A stretch of DNA of 64,000 bases from Methanotrichaceae archaeon (GCA_963754945.1 CAVWIG010000024.1:59040-123039); one strand, 5' to 3'; positions 20,897 through 31,656 are shown, counted from the first letter of the stretch. Numbers and translations: made by a program. Notes: generated from the sequence alone by a model not told the origin.

Positions 20897-22396
20897 TCAA
20901 TCCAGTGCGAGCATCTTCCAGATCTCGTCCATGCGCAGGTTGGCCTCAACTGCCTTGGCCAGCTCATCGTATACATCGCATTCGTGAGATGTGGTCGGCC
21001 TGCTATTATGAATCTGGCCTGAATCACTGTTCTGGACCGTCTTTCTGCGGCTGTAGAGGTAATCCAGGAAAGCATTTCTGAAGTTCTCGTTCTCAAAGAT
21101 GCCGTGGAGGTAAGTTCCAATGACAAGACCGTCCTTGGCGACCGCACCGTCGTCTCCGAAGGCTGCTTCATCCTTGGGGAACGTCACTCCCATGTGGATC
21201 TCGTATCCAGTGACCTCCTGGCCTTGGATCCCCCCCAGGATTGGACCTCCACCAGTGACCTTTTTCCTTGTCTGTACGGTCTTCTTCTCGTACAGGTCGA
21301 AGCGAGTGACAGCGTCCAAGAGGCCCAGTCCCTGAACTGTACCGACGGTGTCCTCAATGCCGCAGTCGATTATCTCCTTTCCCAGGATCTGGTAGCCGCC
21401 ACAGATTCCCAGGACTGGGATATCCTTTAGGGCCAGAATCTGGCGGTCCAGTCCACTTCGCCTCATATCTTCGAGGTCGGAGACGGTGTTCTTGGTGCCG
21501 GGGATTATCACAGCATCAGGTTTTCCCAAAGGCTCGTCCAAGCCCACATACCTGATCCGAGCGCTCTGCTCCAAGGCCCCAAAATCCGTGAAGTTGGAGA
21601 TACGGGGCAGCTTGATTACTGCAATCTCCACCAGATCATCCCTTCCTGAGGCCGTCTTGTTTGCCTGGGTTTTATCTCCCAGGGATACTGAGTCCTCAGA
21701 GGGAAGGGTTAGATTGAGGTAAGGCATAACCCCTAGGACCGGAATGCCGGTAAGCTTCTCCAGCGATTCCAGCCCAGGCTCAAGGATTGCCGGATCTCCC
21801 CGGAACTTGTTTATGACCAGCCCTTTCACCAAAGAGCGAATTTGAGGCGGAAGCAGCTGCACCGTTCCGAAGAGGCTGGCAAACACCCCGCCGCGCTCGA
21901 TGTCCCCCACAAGGATTATCGGAGCCTGGAGACGTTCAGCCACGTAGATGTTGGCGATGTCTCTGTCGTACAGATTGATCTCGGCGGCCCCGCCGGCTCC
22001 CTCCACAACGATGTAATCGTACTCCTTCTCCAGCTCGTCCAGAGAACTGTCGACGACCTCCTTCAGGTCGTCTATCCCTTTGTAGTACTCCTCAGCGGAT
22101 TTGTCAGCTACTGGTTTTCCCAGGACTACGACCTGAGACGTTCTGTCCCCCTTAGGCTTCAGAAGAATGGGGTTCATGAACTCGGAAGGCTCGATCTTGG
22201 CCGCCCAGGCTTGAACTGCCTGTGCGATTCCGATCTCGCTGCAGTTAGCTGTAACCCAGGAGTTCAGGCTCATGTTCTGGGACTTGAAAGGCGCAACGCT
22301 CAGGCCGCGGTTGCTGAGGATGCGGCATAGAGCAGCCACCAGGGTGCTCTTGCCGGAGTGGGAGGTAGTGCCTAGGACAACGATGAATCTAGCCAT
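20897..22396 (-). CDS. cobQ: Cobyric acid synthase
   Basis: GTTSHSGKS, PFKSQNMS, EGAG, ISNFTDF, GICGGYQ, GTYLHG. Confidence 0.95.
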   Translation of the reverse strand: MARFIVVLGTTSHSGKSTLVAALCRILSNRGLSVAPFKSQNMSLNSWVTANCSEIGIAQAVQAWAAKIEPSEFMNPILLKPKGDRTSQVVVLGKPVADKSAEEYYKGIDDLKEVVDSSLDELEKEYDYIVVEGAGGAAEINLYDRDIANIYVAERLQAPIILVGDIERGGVFASLFGTVQLLPPQIRSLVKGLVINKFRGDPAILEPGLESLEKLTGIPVLGVMPYLNLTLPSEDSVSLGDKTQANKTASGRDDLVEIAVIKLPRISNFTDFGALEQSARIRYVGLDEPLGKPDAVIIPGTKNTVSDLEDMRRSGLDRQILALKDIPVLGICGGYQILGKEIIDCGIEDTVGTVQGLGLLDAVTRFDLYEKKTVQTRKKVTGGGPILGGIQGQEVTGYEIHMGVTFPKDEAAFGDDGAVAKDGLVIGTYLHGIFENENFRNAFLDYLYSRRKTVQNSDSGQIHNSRPTTSHECDVYDELAKAVEANLRMDEIWKMLALD

Positions 22397-22594
22397 ATCT
22401 TAATCGGGAGGGATATTCAAGTTTATTTGTCTTTTGGAAGGTGAGGTTTTCTAACAGCCAGATCATGGAAGAAAAGGAAGGAGCTGGACTAATGAACGAT
22501 ATATTCCGACATGTATGTCGATGTATCTCTCAATTCTTATTCAATGCCCAGACTCTAGCAGATTTCTGATTTTAATAGTCTTAAACAAAAAACT

Positions 22595-22891
22595 CTATCC
22601 GAACAGCGCTCCCATCCCTGCCTCTGCAGCCTCGGCCTGCTCCCTGAATGCCTTGATCACAGCCTCACCCTCAACGCCTGTCAGCTCCTTGGCAGGCGAC
22701 TCAGAGAGCATCTTTTTGGCCTTGAGAGCTAGTTCGTCCCTGACCTTGATGTACATGCAAAAGCCATCCTTGTTTATGCTCATGAACTTGCATTCCACGA
22801 TCGTAGGAACAATCTCATCGAACAGGTCGTCGTCCAGTACCTTCTTCATAGCCTTCTCGTTCTCTGTGCTGTAAGAGTAAACCATCTCCAC
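22595..22891 (-). CDS. Conserved hypothetical protein
   Basis: 98-aa ORF ending AEAGMGALFG, at the end of the operon. Confidence 0.7.
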   Translation of the reverse strand: MEMVYSYSTENEKAMKKVLDDDLFDEIVPTIVECKFMSINKDGFCMYIKVRDELALKAKKMLSESPAKELTGVEGEAVIKAFREQAEAAEAGMGALFG

Positions 22892-23112
22892 TATCTCACC
22901 TCAAGATCATCCTTTGCTTTCTTCAGCATCTCTGTGCACTGATCCATCAGGTCAGCCGCCTGGTTTATCTCTGTGGCTGCCTGCCTGCTTATCTCCTCGA
23001 TCTGCTTGGCCCTTTCGCGAAACGAGCGGCTGTGGCTCTCGTTATGCTCTATCCAGTGCTCTAGAAGATGTTCTGCTTCGTGTTTATTCAATGAGGCACT
23101 CTTTTCTGACAT
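22891..23112 (-). CDS. Small His-rich helical hypothetical protein
   Basis: HLLEHWIEHNESH; translationally coupled to its neighbours. Confidence 0.7.
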   Translation of the reverse strand: MSEKSASLNKHEAEHLLEHWIEHNESHSRSFRERAKQIEEISRQAATEINQAADLMDQCTEMLKKAKDDLEVR

Positions 23113-23114
23113 TA

Positions 23115-24077
23115 CTAATACCCTCGTCTGATCATATAATCCGCCAGATCAAGCAATAACATCTTTGCGGGCGAGTCAGAAAGTGCATCAAGCGCTCGCT
23201 TTCCACGGTTCACCAGATCGGCAGCTCGAGTCCTGGCATAATCTATAGATCCGGCCTCCTCTAGAACATAGAGGGCTTTTTCAATCTCTTGCGGTGTTGC
23301 GTCTTTCTTTCCAAAGACATTCACTTCGACGCCTTGCCCCAAGGCGTGGATCATTATCAGAGTCTTTTTCCCCTCAACCAGATCGCCCCCACGTCGCTTT
23401 CCCAGGACTTTCTCGGGAGCAGTCAGATCCAGTACATCATCATGGATCTGAAAGCCCATTCCTGTAAGCTTGCCGAATTCATCTAGACCCGTAACCTCTT
23501 TTGCTGAGGCACCTGAGAGCGTAGCGCCCATGCAAGCGGAGGCTCCATAGAGAACGCCGGTCTTCTTCTCGATCATCTCCAGGTATTCATCCTCGGAGAC
23601 GCGAGACCTGTTCTCGAACTCCAGGTCCAGCCACTGCCCCTCACATATAGCGGTGCAGGTCTTGGAGAGGATGTTCATGGACAGAAGGATCAACCTCGGT
23701 TCCGCAGGTGTACTGCCCAGGATCTGGAATGCCTTGGAATACAGGGTATCCCCGGCCAGGATTGCTCCGGAGTCGCCCCAGATTTTGTGGACCGAAGGCC
23801 GACCTCTGCGAATATCGGCATTGTCCATTATATCGTCGTGGATCAGAGTGAAGTTATGGATCAGTTCAATGGACACAGCCGCAGACACGAGGGCCAAAGG
23901 GTCCCCCCCTGTTGCCTCTGCGGCAATCAGCAGCATTGAAGGCCTGAGCCTCTTTCCGCCGGCATCAACCAGGTGCCTGCCTGCCTTGTAAAGCTCCGTG
24001 GGATGGACGACAGGCAGTAGATCCTCTATCGCCCTGGAAATTATTCCTGCTCGTCTAGCCAGCTCTTCGTCGATCAT
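23115..24077 (-). CDS. idsA: Geranylgeranyl diphosphate synthase
   Basis: GGKRLRP, FTLIHDDIMD..RRG, FQIHDDVLD. Confidence 0.93.
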   Translation of the reverse strand: MIDEELARRAGIISRAIEDLLPVVHPTELYKAGRHLVDAGGKRLRPSMLLIAAEATGGDPLALVSAAVSIELIHNFTLIHDDIMDNADIRRGRPSVHKIWGDSGAILAGDTLYSKAFQILGSTPAEPRLILLSMNILSKTCTAICEGQWLDLEFENRSRVSEDEYLEMIEKKTGVLYGASACMGATLSGASAKEVTGLDEFGKLTGMGFQIHDDVLDLTAPEKVLGKRRGGDLVEGKKTLIMIHALGQGVEVNVFGKKDATPQEIEKALYVLEEAGSIDYARTRAADLVNRGKRALDALSDSPAKMLLLDLADYMIRRGY

Positions 24078-24098
24078 GATCCACCCTTGCCGTCACTT

Positions 24099-25439
24099 TC
24101 ACTCTAAGAGAAGCTCCTGGCCGTTTCTCACAAGATGGATGTTGGACCCCAGGCTGTAGCCGGTGTCCTCTGCCATCATCAGGTAGTTGCCGTGGGACAC
24201 CAAGTTTCCGTGGCTGGGGATTACGTGCTCTGGATTTATCATCCTCAGAAGCTCCCAGTGATCTTCTCGGCAGGCGTGACCAGAGACATGGATGTTGTCG
24301 TATACCCTGGCACCTCGCATCTTGAGCTTGGTCTCCACTGTGTAGCGGTTGGAGATGTTCAGAGGCTGGGGTATTATTCCCGCACTAAACACGACTTTGT
24401 CTCCGGACTCGACCAAGTACTCTGTCTCTCCATTCGCCACTCGGCTTAAGATGGCACCGGGCTCTCCCTGATGGCCGGTCATAATGGGGAGGTACTTATC
24501 CTTTCCTTCGACCATGATCCTCTTCAGAGCTTTGTCCACCGACTTTCTGCGGCCGTAGACGGCCAACCCGTCGTCCCTCTCGGCATAGCCTGTTCTTACG
24601 GCAGTGCCCCAGTACTTCTCCATGGACCTGCCTAGGAGAATTGGCTTTCTGCCCATTTTGTGCGCCGCCTCGATGATAGACCTTATGCGGGCGATGTGGG
24701 ATGAGAAGGTCGTAACCATTACCCCAGACTTGCTCTCTTCTGTCCCCATCAGCACATCCCACACCAGGTCTTTCGCAATCTGCTCCGAAGGAGTCTTGCC
24801 GGATATGGACGCGTTGGTGGTTTCGGTTATCAGCGCAACAACCCCCTCCTTTCCGAGAGCTTTGAGCCTGGCAAAGTCCGGCGGCTCTCCCAGTGTAGGA
24901 CTCCTGTCTATTTTGAAGTCGTTGGCATAGAGGATGATCCCTTGACTGGTGTGTATAGCGGCAAAGACACAGTCGACTATGCTGTGCTGAACCCTGACGA
25001 ACTCCAGCTCGATGTCCGGAGTTACCTGGAACCTCTCTCCCGCACACATGGGTTTGACTGGGTTATCTACCCCGAAGATCCTCTCCGATTTTATCTCCTG
25101 ATCGATCAGGTCCGCTGTAAAAGGCGTGGCTATAATCGGCGCTTTGTACTTGTGCGCCAGCTTGGAGATCGCACCAATATGGTCCAGGTGGCCGTGGGTG
25201 CAGGCTATTGCCCTTACCTTGCCATCAACGTGGCTCATGATGCTGTCATCGGGGATTGCCCCCATGGCGATCAGGTCGGAAGCGTGAAGGGACTCTACAT
25301 CCGTATCCTCATGAATCTGGACCCTGTCCAGACGGATGCCCATGTCCATAACCACTATGTCTTTTCCTATCTTAATCGCGGTCATGTTCCTTCCGACCTC
25401 GTTATATCCACCGACCGCAATAATTCCAATATCCTTCAT
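24099..25439 (-). CDS. rnj: RNase J (beta-CASP)
   Basis: GGYNEVGRNM, THGHLDHIG, HVSGHA. Confidence 0.93.
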   Translation of the reverse strand: MKDIGIIAVGGYNEVGRNMTAIKIGKDIVVMDMGIRLDRVQIHEDTDVESLHASDLIAMGAIPDDSIMSHVDGKVRAIACTHGHLDHIGAISKLAHKYKAPIIATPFTADLIDQEIKSERIFGVDNPVKPMCAGERFQVTPDIELEFVRVQHSIVDCVFAAIHTSQGIILYANDFKIDRSPTLGEPPDFARLKALGKEGVVALITETTNASISGKTPSEQIAKDLVWDVLMGTEESKSGVMVTTFSSHIARIRSIIEAAHKMGRKPILLGRSMEKYWGTAVRTGYAERDDGLAVYGRRKSVDKALKRIMVEGKDKYLPIMTGHQGEPGAILSRVANGETEYLVESGDKVVFSAGIIPQPLNISNRYTVETKLKMRGARVYDNIHVSGHACREDHWELLRMINPEHVIPSHGNLVSHGNYLMMAEDTGYSLGSNIHLVRNGQELLLE

Positions 25440-26521
25440 CTTGCCATCTCTCTGTAAATAGAAAATTTTCTCGTATCAAATCCTCTCTGCTCCAGGATCT
25501 CCCTGGTCCTTCCCAGGATTACGACCTGCGCTGAACGTAGCGTTGAAAGATCCTTGCATCCGGTCAGGAACATTGACATCCTGAGAGCCCTGATGCACTC
25601 TTTCAGGGCTTTTTCCACATCCTTTGGGCCGCGGCATGCAGGCGCTAGCAATGGGAGGGCCATTCCTGCCATAGATGCGCCCAAGGCCAAGCTTTTTGCC
25701 ACATCTATACCGTTTCTAACGCCTCCGGTTGATATAACATCTGCTCCTGCGAATGCGCACTCCACAACACTGACGGGCGTTGGAATTCCCCAGTCCTTGA
25801 AGATCCTGCCCATGTGAAGAGACTCTATGTCTCCTGCTTCCTCTGCCCGGAGAGCCTCCACCGATGAGAAGCTTGTACCTCCAACTCCAGAGACGTCCAC
25901 AATTTTGATTCCTGCTTCCAGGAGTTCCGAAGCTACCTCACCGGATAATCCAGCCCCAGTCTCCTTGACGATCACAGGAACGGAACTACGCGCCGAGGCA
26001 ATAGCCTCCAAGACCCCAGAGGCATCTCTGTCGCCTTCGGGCTGTACAGACTCCTGAAGGAAGTTCAAATGAACGGCCATGGCATCGGCATCTATCATCT
26101 CCGCCAGTCTGTCCAGGACCTCTGGACCAGATTCTCTGAGCTGCACGGCTCCAATGTTGCCAACTATGGGCACGTCCGGTGCTACTTCCCTTACCATGGA
26201 AAAGGTTTTCACTTGCATTGGGTCCTCCAAGGCGGCTCTCTGAGAACCTAGGCCCATGGCCACTCCCATCTCCTGGGCGGCCGCGGCCAAGTTCATGTTG
26301 ATCTCTCGAGCCTCAGGATGGCCTCCGGTCATGCCCGTGATCATGAGGGGCGCCTTGATCTTCCGTCCCAAGAACCGGCAGCTCGTATCGATCTCCGCCT
26401 CGCTGATTTCAGGAAGAGCCTTGTGGATGAGCATCAGGTCGTCAAAGGGCTTAGGTTCTGTCTCTACTGACCTGTCTAAGCAGATTCTGATGTGATCCAT
26501 TTTTCTGCTGGATGTGGTCAT
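25436..26521 (-). CDS. fni: Type 2 IPP isomerase
   Basis: RKMDHI, GMTGG, GSQRA, HLNFLQE, KETGAG; start reset to MTTSSRK. Confidence 0.94.
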   Translation of the reverse strand: MTTSSRKMDHIRICLDRSVETEPKPFDDLMLIHKALPEISEAEIDTSCRFLGRKIKAPLMITGMTGGHPEAREINMNLAAAAQEMGVAMGLGSQRAALEDPMQVKTFSMVREVAPDVPIVGNIGAVQLRESGPEVLDRLAEMIDADAMAVHLNFLQESVQPEGDRDASGVLEAIASARSSVPVIVKETGAGLSGEVASELLEAGIKIVDVSGVGGTSFSSVEALRAEEAGDIESLHMGRIFKDWGIPTPVSVVECAFAGADVISTGGVRNGIDVAKSLALGASMAGMALPLLAPACRGPKDVEKALKECIRALRMSMFLTGCKDLSTLRSAQVVILGRTREILEQRGFDTRKFSIYREMAR

Positions 26522-26523
26522 TC

Positions 26524-27270
26524 CTACCTCTCTACCTTTGTTCCCAATACATCTCCCTTCAGAACCCTGGAAATATAGCCATGTTTTGAGGCGTTGAATA
26601 TCAAAGAGTTTATGCCCGCATCGGCAAGTTTCAGAAGCTTCAGAACCTTCTCTCGCATGCCACCCGTCACATCCGTAGTGGAGCTCCCAACAAGAAACTT
26701 CTCTACGGCAGGCCAATCATCCCTACTTATCCTTTCGAGGGGCTTTCCTTCTACTAGAACCCCATCCTTGTCAGTGCCCTCAGCCACCATCTCGGCGTCC
26801 AATGATCTTGCAAGGTACGGAACTAGATCATCTCCCGAGACGATGCCAGCTCTGCGGGTTATATCCATGGCCACATCTCCGTGCAGAACAGGCAAGAGGC
26901 CTTCCTCGATCATCAGCACGATAGGCTCCAGGGAGAAGCTCTCAATCCTTCCATCTCGCAGAGTAACGCAGGAAAAGGGGTGAATGGGCATGGGGTTTGC
27001 GCCAGATCGGGCCAGAGCCTCGACCACCAGGCGATTAAGCTCCACAACGGAACTGTGGGTAACCCTGAGGCCCTCGGGGTTGAATTTTTCCCGAAGCTCG
27101 TACTCCTCTGCCTGTACGTGCCCAAAGGACCCAGCACCATGGACTAGGATCAAGTTCTCTGCGTAAGGAGCAACCTCTTCAGCCACACGATTTATTTCTT
27201 CAGACCGGGCAAACAGTCGTCGATTCTTGTCCGTCAGGATACTTCCTCCGATCTTCAGCACTTTAACCAA
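26524..27270 (-). CDS. ipk: Isopentenyl phosphate kinase
   Basis: KIGGSILTDK, HGAGSFGH, SGDD, DVTGGM. Confidence 0.92.
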   Translation of the reverse strand: MVKVLKIGGSILTDKNRRLFARSEEINRVAEEVAPYAENLILVHGAGSFGHVQAEEYELREKFNPEGLRVTHSSVVELNRLVVEALARSGANPMPIHPFSCVTLRDGRIESFSLEPIVLMIEEGLLPVLHGDVAMDITRRAGIVSGDDLVPYLARSLDAEMVAEGTDKDGVLVEGKPLERISRDDWPAVEKFLVGSSTTDVTGGMREKVLKLLKLADAGINSLIFNASKHGYISRVLKGDVLGTKVER

Positions 27271-27273
27271 TGG

Positions 27274-28224
27274 CTAGGCCTCCACCCGCACTCCATCGCA
27301 ACCTGTCTTTACAAGGAAGGCCTTACCGCGTGCTTGCATTAGTGCTGTGATCACAGCCTCAGAACCCTTCCTTGGCGGCATGGCAATCATGCACCCGCCA
27401 CCTCCTGCTCCTGTAAGCTTTGCGCCAAGGGCACCGCCGGTTCCTCTGGCAGCATAGACCAGCTCACTCAACTCGCGGGTACCTACGCCTAGAGCTTCCA
27501 ATAGCCCGTGATTGAAGTTCATAAGCCTGCCCAGCTCTTCCAGGCGGTTGTCTCTTATGAGGGGAACCGCTCTGGTGGATATGGCTCCGATGGCACTGAA
27601 TATGGGTTCGACAATGTCCGGATACGTTGACCTCATGTCCTGGACCTTGTGTACCTCTGACCTGGTATCGTGCTCCTTTTCTGTATACCCAACCACCAAC
27701 TCCATTTTAGGGAGATCGATCCTTTGAACTATTCCAGATACTAGCATGTACCCGCCGAAAGTGGACAGTGCAGTGTCCATGGGGCTGCCGAGACCCATCT
27801 GCACAGTCTTCTCTATCCTGTGGGCACTAGATGCTATCTCTTCCCTGGTCAAGCCCGTATTCTTGTGTTGGTTGAGGGCTGCCAGAGTGGCAACCACGAT
27901 CGCGGCCGAGGAACCAAGGCCTGCGGCGGGAGGAATATCTGAATCGACTATCACCCTAATGTCATTGGCTTGAAACTCTTTTAGAACAGCAGAAACGTAT
28001 CTCAAAGCGTTTCGGGCTCCAGACGAGCAGACCTCTCCAGTCATTAGATCCAAAGAGAATCCCATCAGCATCAGGTTGCTGGCCTTTACTTCAAGCTTGC
28101 CGGGGAGGTCTTCAATGGTCACATTAGCCCGGAGGTCAATTGCTGACCCCAGGGCGGGAATGCCAGAGACGACGGCATGCTCTCCGAACAGTATGACCTT
28201 GCCGGGAGCAGATGCCTTGGTCAA
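27274..28224 (-). CDS. mvk: Mevalonate kinase
   Basis: APGKVILFGEHAVV, GLGSSAA, KLTGAGGGG; TTG start after GGAGG. Confidence 0.94.
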   Translation of the reverse strand: MTKASAPGKVILFGEHAVVSGIPALGSAIDLRANVTIEDLPGKLEVKASNLMLMGFSLDLMTGEVCSSGARNALRYVSAVLKEFQANDIRVIVDSDIPPAAGLGSSAAIVVATLAALNQHKNTGLTREEIASSAHRIEKTVQMGLGSPMDTALSTFGGYMLVSGIVQRIDLPKMELVVGYTEKEHDTRSEVHKVQDMRSTYPDIVEPIFSAIGAISTRAVPLIRDNRLEELGRLMNFNHGLLEALGVGTRELSELVYAARGTGGALGAKLTGAGGGGCMIAMPPRKGSEAVITALMQARGKAFLVKTGCDGVRVEA

Positions 28225-28234
28225 GAGACCTCCG

Positions 28235-29038
28235 TTACGTGAAAGCAATGGCTCCGTAACCTACGACCTGACTGTAGTCGCCGGTGACATCTCCGCTTGT
28301 CGCGTATCGAAGGAGCTTGCCGCTGGTAGCACCCAAAGCCCGTGAGGCCGTGATGGCGGCAGCGATGGGCCCGTAGCCGCATGCCGTGGCTTCATACCTG
28401 TAGACCCTGGAATAGAGTTCCGGAATGTCCATTCTGAGAATAGCCTCGATCAGGTTGGCATCGACTTTCCTGGCCAACTCCTGAGGTCCATAGTGCGTGA
28501 AGTCGCTGCTGGCTACGAATGTGCAGTCCCTCTTCAGATCTCGTGCAGCTTTGCCTATGGCCTCGCCCACCTCCGTTGCCGTCTCCTCGTCCTGTAGCCC
28601 CATGGCTATTGCCAGGATTTTGAAACCAGCAAACCTATACTGAAGAAAAGGCAGTTGAACCTCAATGGAGTGCTCGTGAAGGTGAGCGGATTCTTCCTGA
28701 TCTATTATAGTGCCTGCAAGAGCGTCAGCCATCTCCTGGTCAGGCTCAACAACGCCCAGAGGCGTCCTCCAGGAGTCCCTGGACAGAGCTACAGGCGCTC
28801 CCAGACCGTGATGGTTGGGGCCGAGGATGACATAGGTCTGCCTTTTGGGAAGCCGGGCGTAAACCTCCGCTGCGACTGCCCCAGAGTAAACATAGCCCGC
28901 ATGGGGAACCACAACCCCCAGAGCCGGAAGCTCCTCTGAGGCTACGCCTTTAAAGAGCTCGTCCAGCTGGAGCTTAAGGTCCTCGGGGTCTAGGGGATAG
29001 AACTGGCCCGCCACAGCCGGAGACCGCATCCCGATCAA
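28235..29038 (-). CDS. MEMO1-family protein (AmmeMemoRadiSam protein B)
   Basis: [35 protein letters not shown]. Confidence 0.92.
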   Translation of the reverse strand: MIGMRSPAVAGQFYPLDPEDLKLQLDELFKGVASEELPALGVVVPHAGYVYSGAVAAEVYARLPKRQTYVILGPNHHGLGAPVALSRDSWRTPLGVVEPDQEMADALAGTIIDQEESAHLHEHSIEVQLPFLQYRFAGFKILAIAMGLQDEETATEVGEAIGKAARDLKRDCTFVASSDFTHYGPQELARKVDANLIEAILRMDIPELYSRVYRYEATACGYGPIAAAITASRALGATSGKLLRYATSGDVTGDYSQVVGYGAIAFT

Positions 29039-29655
29039 AACTCCATCTCAAAGTCAGAGATAGTGTACTTGAACCTGTCTTCCTCTCCACGCTCACGCAG
29101 CACCTGTCTGGCCAGTAGCCAGTAGATCAGAGTCAGAGCCTTTCTGCCCTTGTTGTTGGTTGGTATGACCAGGTCCACGTTGGAGATCATATTGTTGGTG
29201 TCACAAAGGGCAATCACGGGAATTCCGGCATCTACAGCCTCGTTGACCGCCTGGGCGTCGCCGCTCGGGTCAGTGGCTATCAGGGCGTCCGGTTCTGTAA
29301 ATCCATAGAAATCGGGATTGGTCAGAGTGTTGGGTATGAACCGTCCTACGTTGGACTTGGCTCCTATTGCCTTGGCAAACATTGTAGCGGGCCGCTGACC
29401 GTACTGCCTGGCAGAGACCACCAGGATCTTGGATGGATCGTACTTGGCCAGGAACTTGGCGGCCAAGCGGATGCGCTTATCTGTGGATTGAACATCCAGA
29501 ACGTACAGACCATCTGTTCGCACTCTGTAGATGTAAGGCATCATGTCGTTCGTCTTCTGCTGAGTGCCGATGTGCACACCAGCAGCAAGGTACTCGTCTA
29601 TGGGTATGAGAGTTTCGTATTCTCCCACTACCTTTATCACCTCATCTTCTTCCAA
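29035..29655 (-). CDS. rps2: 30S ribosomal protein S2
   Basis: [26 protein letters not shown]. Confidence 0.96.
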   Translation of the reverse strand: MEEDEVIKVVGEYETLIPIDEYLAAGVHIGTQQKTNDMMPYIYRVRTDGLYVLDVQSTDKRIRLAAKFLAKYDPSKILVVSARQYGQRPATMFAKAIGAKSNVGRFIPNTLTNPDFYGFTEPDALIATDPSGDAQAVNEAVDAGIPVIALCDTNNMISNVDLVIPTNNKGRKALTLIYWLLARQVLRERGEEDRFKYTISDFEMEF

Positions 29656-29664
29656 CTAATTCAC

Positions 29665-29850
29665 CTACCTTTTTGCTATCGCCCGTTTCACGGTGATGGG
29701 TACTACCCCCAGTCTCATCTCTTCTAGCGCTATTTCGAGGGGGTCCATAGATGCGGTATCGATGAATACCGGGGCGCCCATGAAAATCTGCAGAGCCCGT
29801 GCTCCTACTATCCTGGCACGTTCATATCTTGTATACTTCTCACCCTTCAA
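29665..29850 (-). CDS. rpoK: RNA polymerase subunit K (Rpo6)
   Basis: [16 protein letters not shown]. Confidence 0.95.
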   Translation of the reverse strand: MKGEKYTRYERARIVGARALQIFMGAPVFIDTASMDPLEIALEEMRLGVVPITVKRAIAKR

Positions 29851-29877
29851 ATAGCCACCTCAAAAGGAAGAGCATGA

Positions 29878-29952
29878 TGGGGTTGCTGAGATTCGAACTC
29901 AGGTCACAGCGTCCCGAACGCTGTAGGATGGGCCAGGCTACCCTACAACCCC
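29878..29952 (-). tRNA. tRNA-Pro(CGG)
   Basis: Acceptor GGGGTTG/CAACCCC; anticodon arm CAGCG-TTCGGGA-CGCTG; T-loop GTTCGAAT. Confidence 0.95.
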
Positions 29953-29956
29953 CTTC

Positions 29957-30142
29957 TTACTGGTACCGCCTTAGCGTTTCCACTATTTCCACATGGGCAA
30001 GGAGCATGCGCCTGCAACAATAGCTATCTATGCCCAGATCGTCGAGGACTTTGCCGGGAGGTTCAGTTTTTATGCGCTCCCGGTATTCCTCCCATACATT
30101 AGAGATAACTTTCCCGCAGGAAAAGCACCTGACTGGAATCAA
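29957..30142 (-). CDS. rpoN: RNA polymerase subunit N (Rpo10)
   Basis: MIPVRCFSCGK, YCCRRM. Confidence 0.96.
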   Translation of the reverse strand: MIPVRCFSCGKVISNVWEEYRERIKTEPPGKVLDDLGIDSYCCRRMLLAHVEIVETLRRYQ

Positions 30143-30148
30143 GCCATT

Positions 30149-30547
30149 TCACCTGTAGGACTTTTGGAACTTGGATCTTGCACCATGACCGCCGAACTTC
30201 TTCTTCTCCTTCTGCCGGTGGTCACTGACCAGGAGGTTTCTGTCGTACTCAGTATAAGCCTCTTTAAGTCCAGTGTCTCCAGTCCACTCAACTATCCCTT
30301 TGGCAATGGCAGTACGAACTGCATCCGCTTGCCCTATGGTCCCGCCACCGCTGACTGTTACATCGATATCGATGCCCTGAACCAGCTTGTCGGCTATCGT
30401 CACGGCATCCATGATCTTCATCTTGGCCAGCTTGGGCTCATAAATCTCTAAGGGCATTTTGTTGATCCGGACCCTGCCTTTTCCATCCTTCAGCGTAGCC
30501 CTGGCAGTAGCAGTCTTCTTCTTGCCGGACGAGTTGATTATCTTCAT
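30149..30547 (-). CDS. rps9: 30S ribosomal protein S9
   Basis: [26 protein letters not shown]. Confidence 0.96.
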   Translation of the reverse strand: MKIINSSGKKKTATARATLKDGKGRVRINKMPLEIYEPKLAKMKIMDAVTIADKLVQGIDIDVTVSGGGTIGQADAVRTAIAKGIVEWTGDTGLKEAYTEYDRNLLVSDHRQKEKKKFGGHGARSKFQKSYR

Positions 30548-30557
30548 AAAGAACCTC

Positions 30558-30974
30558 TCAGAAATGTGCGCCAAGCCTCTTGCTCAGATCGCCCAGCTCG
30601 ATAAAGTTCGCGCTGCTGGACCCTCTGACCTTTGCGGCCTGGGGTTGTTCGAACTGCTGTCCCGACAGATCCCTGGGAACACCGATATAGATCCTGAGCC
30701 TGGACAATGCATCCCGTCCGCGTCTTAGCTTGTAGGGTAGCATGCCTCTTACAGTCCTCTTCATTATCATCTCAGGTCTTCTGGGGAAGTAAGGGCCTCT
30801 CTCCTTGTGCCCTCTGTCACGGCAAGCGAAGTACTCTTCGTAAATGCTCTCTCTGCGGCCAGTGATTATAGCCTTCTCAGCGTTGACGATCTTGATCTCG
30901 TTTCCTGCCAAAAGCTGCGTCGCGACCACTGAAGCCAGACGCCCCATGACCAATCCAGTTGCATCAACTATCAT
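30558..30974 (-). CDS. rpl13: 50S ribosomal protein L13
   Basis: [13 protein letters not shown]. Confidence 0.96.
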   Translation of the reverse strand: MIVDATGLVMGRLASVVATQLLAGNEIKIVNAEKAIITGRRESIYEEYFACRDRGHKERGPYFPRRPEMIMKRTVRGMLPYKLRRGRDALSRLRIYIGVPRDLSGQQFEQPQAAKVRGSSSANFIELGDLSKRLGAHF

Positions 30975-30978
30975 GAGA

Positions 30979-31341
30979 TCACCTCAAAATCTTTATGCCG
31001 GAGCCCTTGGGGTGCTCTTGTATCAGGCTCTCTATCTTGAGGCACTTTCCGCCGGCCGATTCTATCTTGGAGATTGCCTGGCCACTGAATCCCAGGGCGG
31101 CCACAATCACGCTATGCTCCAGGTCGCCTGAGGCCAGCACCTTTCCGGGAACGAGAACAGTATCGTTAGGACTGGTATGCCTATTGATCTTGCTTAGGTT
31201 TACTGCAGCGTAGTTGCGTTTGGGCTTCTCCAGCCTTCTCGCGACGTCGCGCCAGAGGCCAACATTATTATTACGGGATGCCGCCTTCAAGTCGCCAATG
31301 AGGCGGACCAACCTCGGATTTGTCTTAGCTATCGCTTTCAT
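30979..31341 (-). CDS. rpl18e: 50S ribosomal protein L18e
   Basis: KTNPRL, VNLSKINR, VPGKVL. Confidence 0.95.
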   Translation of the reverse strand: MKAIAKTNPRLVRLIGDLKAASRNNNVGLWRDVARRLEKPKRNYAAVNLSKINRHTSPNDTVLVPGKVLASGDLEHSVIVAALGFSGQAISKIESAGGKCLKIESLIQEHPKGSGIKILR

Positions 31342-31656
31342 CTTGAATCCTCCGCAAGGCCTCTTTTGGGCCCACTCACGCGCTGCACGCGCGTTCGAAC
31401 CTTCGGGTTCATGCGCCCCGGGACTCCTGCCCCCAGGTGCGGAATGATTAACCGACTCTTCACCAGTATTTAAGAGTTTTCACCATTTGCACCTTGCTGT
31501 GCTTTTTGACACGGGCCAGCGCCAAGACGGTCAAAGGCCACCCCATTCAACGCGCCAATCCTGCAATGCCTGCCTCAGTAAGCTATTAATCCTTACATGT
31601 AATCCTTACAGGTTAAATTAAGTCCGACAGTTGCTATCATCATCTCTCAATCAGCT

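Noticed and set aside
23115-31341. Ribosomal genes linked to mevalonate/lipid genes and RNase J
   Set aside because: A well-known conserved euryarchaeal gene cluster.
31351-31443. Possible tRNA-Leu or RNase P RNA upstream of rpl18e
   Set aside because: Contains GTTCGAA but no cloverleaf or acceptor stem and no RNase P P4 consensus; kept only as a leader candidate.
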